From: Opitutales bacterium
Lineage (GTDB): Bacteria; Verrucomicrobiota; Verrucomicrobiia; Opitutales; Oceanipulchritudinaceae
Assembly (NCBI GenBank): GCA_020831485.1
Contig: JAFIGG010000007.1
Location: forward strand, 5,952 to 69,951
Reading direction: 5' to 3'
DNA: 64,000 nt
Part shown: piece after piece, positions 59,834 through 64,000 of the stretch
How positions within the stretch are numbered: position 1 is the stretch's first letter
Layout: every line of letters starts with the position of its first letter
Translations under genes and position numbers: made by a program
Notes under the pieces: generated by a model
The model's input: only the letters and a program-made list of their open reading frames with translations
Told to the model about the DNA's origin: nothing
Database searches by the model: none

Positions 59834-60847
59834 TTAGGTCAGATCGGTAGTTCTCCATGGAGCCGATTGAAGGCGTTCAAAGCGTCTTTTGTAGTTGGAC
59901 CGTTCTTTCAGGAGAGAGTGAATTCGCCCAATCTGGCTCTCGCTGAATAGGACACGAGCTCTGCGGCCTTCCGCGCTAAACATGGATCTTGCTAATGTTG
60001 AGAGAAGGGCCTTGGCGGAGAGCAGAACCTCCTTCATCCAGGATGGCGGGGATGAGGATTTGTATGCGTCAAAGACGACGCTCTGGGCACCGAAACCCCT
60101 TCGCAGTCGTTTGAGATGTGTCCACTGGATTCGCTCCTGTGGCATCCAGTGCTGTATGTGAAGCCCGGGATCGTACCAGAGTCTCCAGCCACTCAACATG
60201 AGAGCGTAGCAGAGTTCAAAATCACCGCCGCTCGACAGGTTGTTTCCTTGTCTGTCTGAGAGCATAAACCTGAACCCTCTTGCTTCAAGTCGCTCCCAGG
60301 CCGATCTGCGAACACAAAGTCCGGCACCACAGAGAGGTTGATTCCAGTAGCCTGAGCTGTCGCGGGGATTCCAAATCGTAAAATTGCCTTTGAACTCTTC
60401 GAACCAATCCGGTGGCGGATCTTGCTCCAATACTTCTGTGATCGGCCCTCCGGCGGCTGCAACGTCCGGATATTGTAAAAAAATCTCCCTGACCTTTCGC
60501 AACCAGTGAGAAGACACCCAGTTGTCATCGTCGAGAAAACAGACCACATCACCCTTCGCCTCTTTAAACGCACGAGCGCGGGCATGGGACAAACCTTGGC
60601 GGGACTCCCTCACGATTCGAAAGTTCACTTCCTTTAACCCTCGCCCTTCTGCCTCTTTTTTCCAAACTTTCCGTGCCACCGCCGAGGTCTGGTCGGAGGA
60701 GGCATTGTCGATTATTAGAACCTCCCAGAGATCCACCGGCATCCCCTCTTGTTGTGCAAGGTGACTGAGTGTTGTCGGCAAGCGTTTCTCGCTGTTGTGG
60801 CAGCACAGGGCGACACTGAGGCGAAGTTCCGTGGGAGTTAAGGTCAT
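59834..60847 (-). CDS. Glycosyltransferase family 2
   Basis: LSVALCCHNSEKRLPTTLSHL, VLIIDNASSDQT and GDVVCFLDDDN. Confidence 0.85.
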   Translation of the reverse strand: MTLTPTELRLSVALCCHNSEKRLPTTLSHLAQQEGMPVDLWEVLIIDNASSDQTSAVARKVWKKEAEGRGLKEVNFRIVRESRQGLSHARARAFKEAKGDVVCFLDDDNWVSSHWLRKVREIFLQYPDVAAAGGPITEVLEQDPPPDWFEEFKGNFTIWNPRDSSGYWNQPLCGAGLCVRRSAWERLEARGFRFMLSDRQGNNLSSGGDFELCYALMLSGWRLWYDPGLHIQHWMPQERIQWTHLKRLRRGFGAQSVVFDAYKSSSPPSWMKEVLLSAKALLSTLARSMFSAEGRRARVLFSESQIGRIHSLLKERSNYKRRFERLQSAPWRTTDLT

Positions 60848-60861
60848 TGAGTCTATCTCGC

Positions 60862-61797
60862 TCAGTTGAACGCCGCCGAAACGATTTGGCTAAAAAATTT
60901 GCGCTTATCCGCTTTGCGAACCAGATACGCTCCGTCGTAGAGCGCTTTGAATTGCAACCAGCGTTTCATATCGTTCTGTGTTTCTTGATCGTTTTGGATG
61001 CCCATACCGTCAAGAAGTGCGGCTGCATGACGATCACTCTTCTCCCGGTCAGATAGGCGCTCATAGAAGGTCCAGTCGCAGACCCATTTTATCGGGTCGA
61101 GGTACACGAACGGATGCCAATCAATCGCCCAGTAATCAGATCCATCAAAAAGAATACTTGGTGGCTGTGTGCAACCGGGGATCCAGTCGCGGTGGCGCAC
61201 GACATTGTCCATTTCTCTAAACACCTCGAAAAACCTCTTTTCCCATAAATTCAGATCATTTAATGAGCGTTCGAGGAAATCTACCTCATTTTTCCATCTC
61301 TGAAATGATTCTGAATGACTAAGATGCTTCAATTTTCCAGACCGAATAGCGAGTCTGACCTGCTCAACTATATCGGCTTGTTTACTCCATCCAGGTTCTA
61401 AAACCGATTCTTGCGAATGCAGTTCGAGCCGTTTGCCTAAGTGCGGGTAGATTGCAAAGCATAGTCCAGGGCCACAAAGGTTCGTATGCAAAACCTTAGG
61501 CGATGGCAATCCGACCCGCCGTGCCTGCTCCATTCGAGCCACATCGCTGCGAAGCGATTTGATGCCCCCGGCATTAGGTGTTGCAAATTTCACGACATAA
61601 CGCTCGTTAAGGACGACGAACTCAAACACTTGACTATTCTCGCTGCTATGATGCTTCAGCTCTGATGCAGGTTGGAAATTCTTTGGTAAGGCTGCTATCA
61701 CAGTATTCGTGTCCATCTTCGGGTGCACCCGACTCGACAGCGCTTTTCGCTTAGCAATGCTTTTGCACCACCTGAGAATCTTTCGGACTACCCTCAT
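60862..61797 (-). CDS. Kinase-fold (APH/phosphotransferase-like) protein
   Basis: YVVKFATP (Lys), VVRHRDWIPG....SILFDG (HRD-type loop) and YWAIDWHPF (IDW). Confidence 0.5.
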   Translation of the reverse strand: MRVVRKILRWCKSIAKRKALSSRVHPKMDTNTVIAALPKNFQPASELKHHSSENSQVFEFVVLNERYVVKFATPNAGGIKSLRSDVARMEQARRVGLPSPKVLHTNLCGPGLCFAIYPHLGKRLELHSQESVLEPGWSKQADIVEQVRLAIRSGKLKHLSHSESFQRWKNEVDFLERSLNDLNLWEKRFFEVFREMDNVVRHRDWIPGCTQPPSILFDGSDYWAIDWHPFVYLDPIKWVCDWTFYERLSDREKSDRHAAALLDGMGIQNDQETQNDMKRWLQFKALYDGAYLVRKADKRKFFSQIVSAAFN

Positions 61798-61803
61798 AAG
61801 TGT

Positions 61804-62601
61804 CTAATGAATACGTCGGCAACGCTTCATCCGAGAGGCCAGGAAGCGCGTTCGGTCTCTTAGGCCGATGTTGAGGCGCAGCAAGAAACTGCATTGAGCC
61901 AAGTGGCGCCTGCGTACTTCGGCCACACGTTTTTCCAGAAGGCCCTCGGCTTGAGCTACTGCAGTTTTGCTCTTTCCATGCCAGACGAAAGTGCCGAAGA
62001 TTTTATCAACGTAGTGAACATTGGCGACTCTGACTGCTTTGAGAATAAAATCGAGGTCCATGGAATAATGATCTTCTTCGTCGTAATACCCAATGTGCTC
62101 GTGGAGCGATCGGTGGTAAAAGTAGGCGCAAGGGTTGTAGGGAGGAGTGGCGCCACTCATTAGGTCGGCAAAGCGCAGTTTTCGAGGGCGATTAATCCCC
62201 ATCTCTCGTCCTTTATCATCCACAATCCGACAATTACCGATAAGCAAGGACGGTTCAGGCAACTTTTCGAAGGCTTTTAACGCGTATTCCAAAGCTCCTG
62301 GTTCATAGTAGTCGTCCGCATTCAAGAACCCTACAACCGAGCCGCGTGCCAATCGCAGACCTTTGTTCATTGCTTCCGATTGACCGTTGTCGGGCTCTGA
62401 TAAGAGTTGGATACTTTTTGAGGAATTCTGCCGTTCTTGAACTAGAGAAACAGTTCGGTCAGACGAATGGGCATCGATAATGAGGTGCTCCACCCGATTT
62501 GAATCTGTACTACTTGTCTCGACACTTTCAAGAGCCCTATCAATTGTAGCCGCGGAATTGTAACACGGCGTTATAACAGTTATGGATGGCTTGATCGTCA
62601 T
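61804..62601 (-). CDS. Glycosyltransferase family 2
   Basis: ITVITPCYNSAATIDRALESV, LIIDAHSSDRT and GFLNADDYY. Confidence 0.88.
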   Translation of the reverse strand: MTIKPSITVITPCYNSAATIDRALESVETSSTDSNRVEHLIIDAHSSDRTVSLVQERQNSSKSIQLLSEPDNGQSEAMNKGLRLARGSVVGFLNADDYYEPGALEYALKAFEKLPEPSLLIGNCRIVDDKGREMGINRPRKLRFADLMSGATPPYNPCAYFYHRSLHEHIGYYDEEDHYSMDLDFILKAVRVANVHYVDKIFGTFVWHGKSKTAVAQAEGLLEKRVAEVRRRHLAQCSFLLRLNIGLRDRTRFLASRMKRCRRIH

Positions 62602-63548
62602 CTTCTAAATATAAGTTTCCCAAGTTCTTGACGAAAGCGCCCTAGCCTCACCCGGAGGTTTCCCAGGAATACATGCCATGGCCGAATCTCACGGTGATGG
62701 CAATGGGCAAAAAATGTCAGCTTATCCCATTCCGGGTGTTCTCTGAGGGGTTCGGGATGAATCAGTTCGCCCTTTGGCTCCGGGTTGGGGGCAGATAAAA
62801 CCGGGACAACTTGATCGCAGTTGGTGGCTTCCTGACCGAAACCAATGTTAGTTACCAGATTGATCGTTGGTTGAAGGCAGGTCCAATTGTTGGCAAAGTG
62901 GGTGAAAGTCCATGGATAATCCCATGACGAGGTCGAGGATCCTTCCGCATGGATTCGGGAAAAAATTTGATGCCAGTATCGGTCAGCGATGGGAAATATT
63001 CGTGAACGGGAACTTGTATTGCTCTCCCATTCGGGAAACGAAGTTGCCTCTAAATCCAGCTGTTTCCAGCGATGCCTCCATGTTGCCCAACCCCAAGGTA
63101 CAAAATGGCGGCTTGTGAAGTAGCTGAAACATTTTCCAGAACGACCCCAAAGGAAGTTGGAACCAATAATCGACGCAACAGTATCATGGTCAGAGAATCG
63201 ATATAAAAGCACCTCGCAGAAATCAAAAAAGGCTAGGTTCGGGAGGGTGTCATCTTCAAGAATGATCGCTTGCTCTTCCTTCGCAAAAACCGCATCGAGG
63301 CCCGTGACAACTCGATCGCGACAGCCTAGATTGGTGTCCGAGTAGATTCGGGTAACGGTGCAAGGCCAATCGACTATTTCGACTGCTGAACGGGCAGCAG
63401 CAACCTTCTCCGCTTCTTCTGGTATTTCTCTCCGAGCGCCATCGGCGATGACATACAAACGTGGTGGACGGGCTTGCCGAATGCGCTCGAACACCCTCTG
63501 GGTGCAGTCTGGCCTGCGAAATATGATGAAGGCAACGGCTGTATTCAT
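62598..63548 (-). CDS. GT-A fold glycosyltransferase (GNT-I/HlpA-like family)
   Basis: AFIIFRRPDCTQRVFERIRQARPPRLYVIADGAR....NLGCRDRVVTGLDAVFAKEEQAIILEDD matches a widespread family usually annotated as family-2 glycosyltransferase. Confidence 0.68.
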   Translation of the reverse strand: MNTAVAFIIFRRPDCTQRVFERIRQARPPRLYVIADGARREIPEEAEKVAAARSAVEIVDWPCTVTRIYSDTNLGCRDRVVTGLDAVFAKEEQAIILEDDTLPNLAFFDFCEVLLYRFSDHDTVASIIGSNFLWGRSGKCFSYFTSRHFVPWGWATWRHRWKQLDLEATSFPEWESNTSSRSRIFPIADRYWHQIFSRIHAEGSSTSSWDYPWTFTHFANNWTCLQPTINLVTNIGFGQEATNCDQVVPVLSAPNPEPKGELIHPEPLREHPEWDKLTFFAHCHHREIRPWHVFLGNLRVRLGRFRQELGKLIFRR

Positions 63549-64000
63549 TGGTCATTATTGGAAAGGAGATACTTTTCGAAACGCTTAACCAGTGTTTCAT
63601 TTGCAGACTCAGTAGTGAAATACTTTTCGAAAGCGGTTCGGTTCAGCTTCCCTAACCGTTTAGTCTCTCCATGGTTTTCAAGCAGGCTCGTAATTGCTTG
63701 GGAAAAACGATCGGGGCAGGATTCTATAATGACGCCGTATGCTGTCAAGAACTCGATTCCGAGGAGTCCTTGGGGAGTGGTGACAACGGGTATACCGAAC
63801 TGAAGTGCTTCGATGATCTTGGTCTTTACACCTGTGCCTTTCAGGATTGGAACGATAGCTATCTGTGTATGTTGATAGAATTCAGCTGGATCCAGGCATC
63901 CGCCGATAAGTTGTGTGCCCGTAGGCAGTTGCTCGCTATCGAGGTTTTTGCAGATTTGCCCTCCAATCGACAGCTGGGCTGACTTGGCACGCTGCAGGAC
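63545..64000 (-). CDS. Glycosyltransferase, GT-B fold (family 1/4), N-terminus beyond the window
   Basis: The frame is open to nt 64000. It translates to ...IAIVPILKGTGVKTKIIEALQFGIPVVTTPQGLLGIE..., the nucleotide-sugar-binding C-terminal motif. The listed 63545..63748 ORF is only its 3' end. Confidence 0.75.
   Translation of the reverse strand, partial: VLQRAKSAQLSIGGQICKNLDSEQLPTGTQLIGGCLDPAEFYQHTQIAIVPILKGTGVKTKIIEALQFGIPVVTTPQGLLGIEFLTAYGVIIESCPDRFSQAITSLLENHGETKRLGKLNRTAFEKYFTTESANETLVKRFEKYLLSNNDQ

Overview
The window has two parts. About 51 kb is GC-rich, mostly housekeeping chromosome from a Gram-negative bacterium. Gene content and protein style suggest the PVC group or Verrucomicrobia, but that is only a guess. 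From about 51.3 kb to the window edge there is a much lower-GC island in which every gene is on the minus strand.

Housekeeping part:
- Replication, recombination and repair: rnhB (partial), ruvA, recA, dnaN, xseB, an Smr-domain protein.
- RNA and transcription: tRNA-Ala(CGC), an unusually long rho, mnmE-mnmG, trmB, queG.
- Metabolism: a TonB-dependent receptor, coaE, thyA-folA, dapA-dapB, gnd, pyrG, dxs.
- Envelope: pssA, kdsA, an oxidoreductase followed by lpxB.
- Others: an OmpR/PhoR-type two-component pair and a complete F1Fo ATP synthase operon (atpBEFHAGDC).

I see no rRNA, CRISPR array, transposase or integrase.

Non-coding signals read directly from the sequence:
- Two perfect 16-bp parS palindromes lie inside an extra loop of mnmG, 13 kb from dnaN. 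The window therefore looks origin-proximal.
- A roughly 66-bp repeat family with two hairpins is present as one solo copy and one tandem pair. One hairpin shows a compensatory base change between copies.
- A strong intrinsic terminator sits at 45518-45558.

Low-GC island (51340 to beyond 64000): it packs about 8 glycosyltransferases, 3 SAM methyltransferases, 2 kinase-like proteins, one decayed sulfotransferase-like gene and some unknown ORFs. I think it builds a methylated and/or phosphorylated surface glycan.

Best candidates for something undescribed:
- the island itself, including a possible split WbdD-like capping module;
- a pair of uncharacterised genes, one kinase-like and one a PEPCK-like P-loop protein (44635-47509);
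- an orphan RelE/ParE-like gene translationally coupled to pssA.

All functional calls rest on motif recognition by eye. No searches were run. Motif coordinates were cross-checked against the ORF track where possible and may be off by 1 nt elsewhere.
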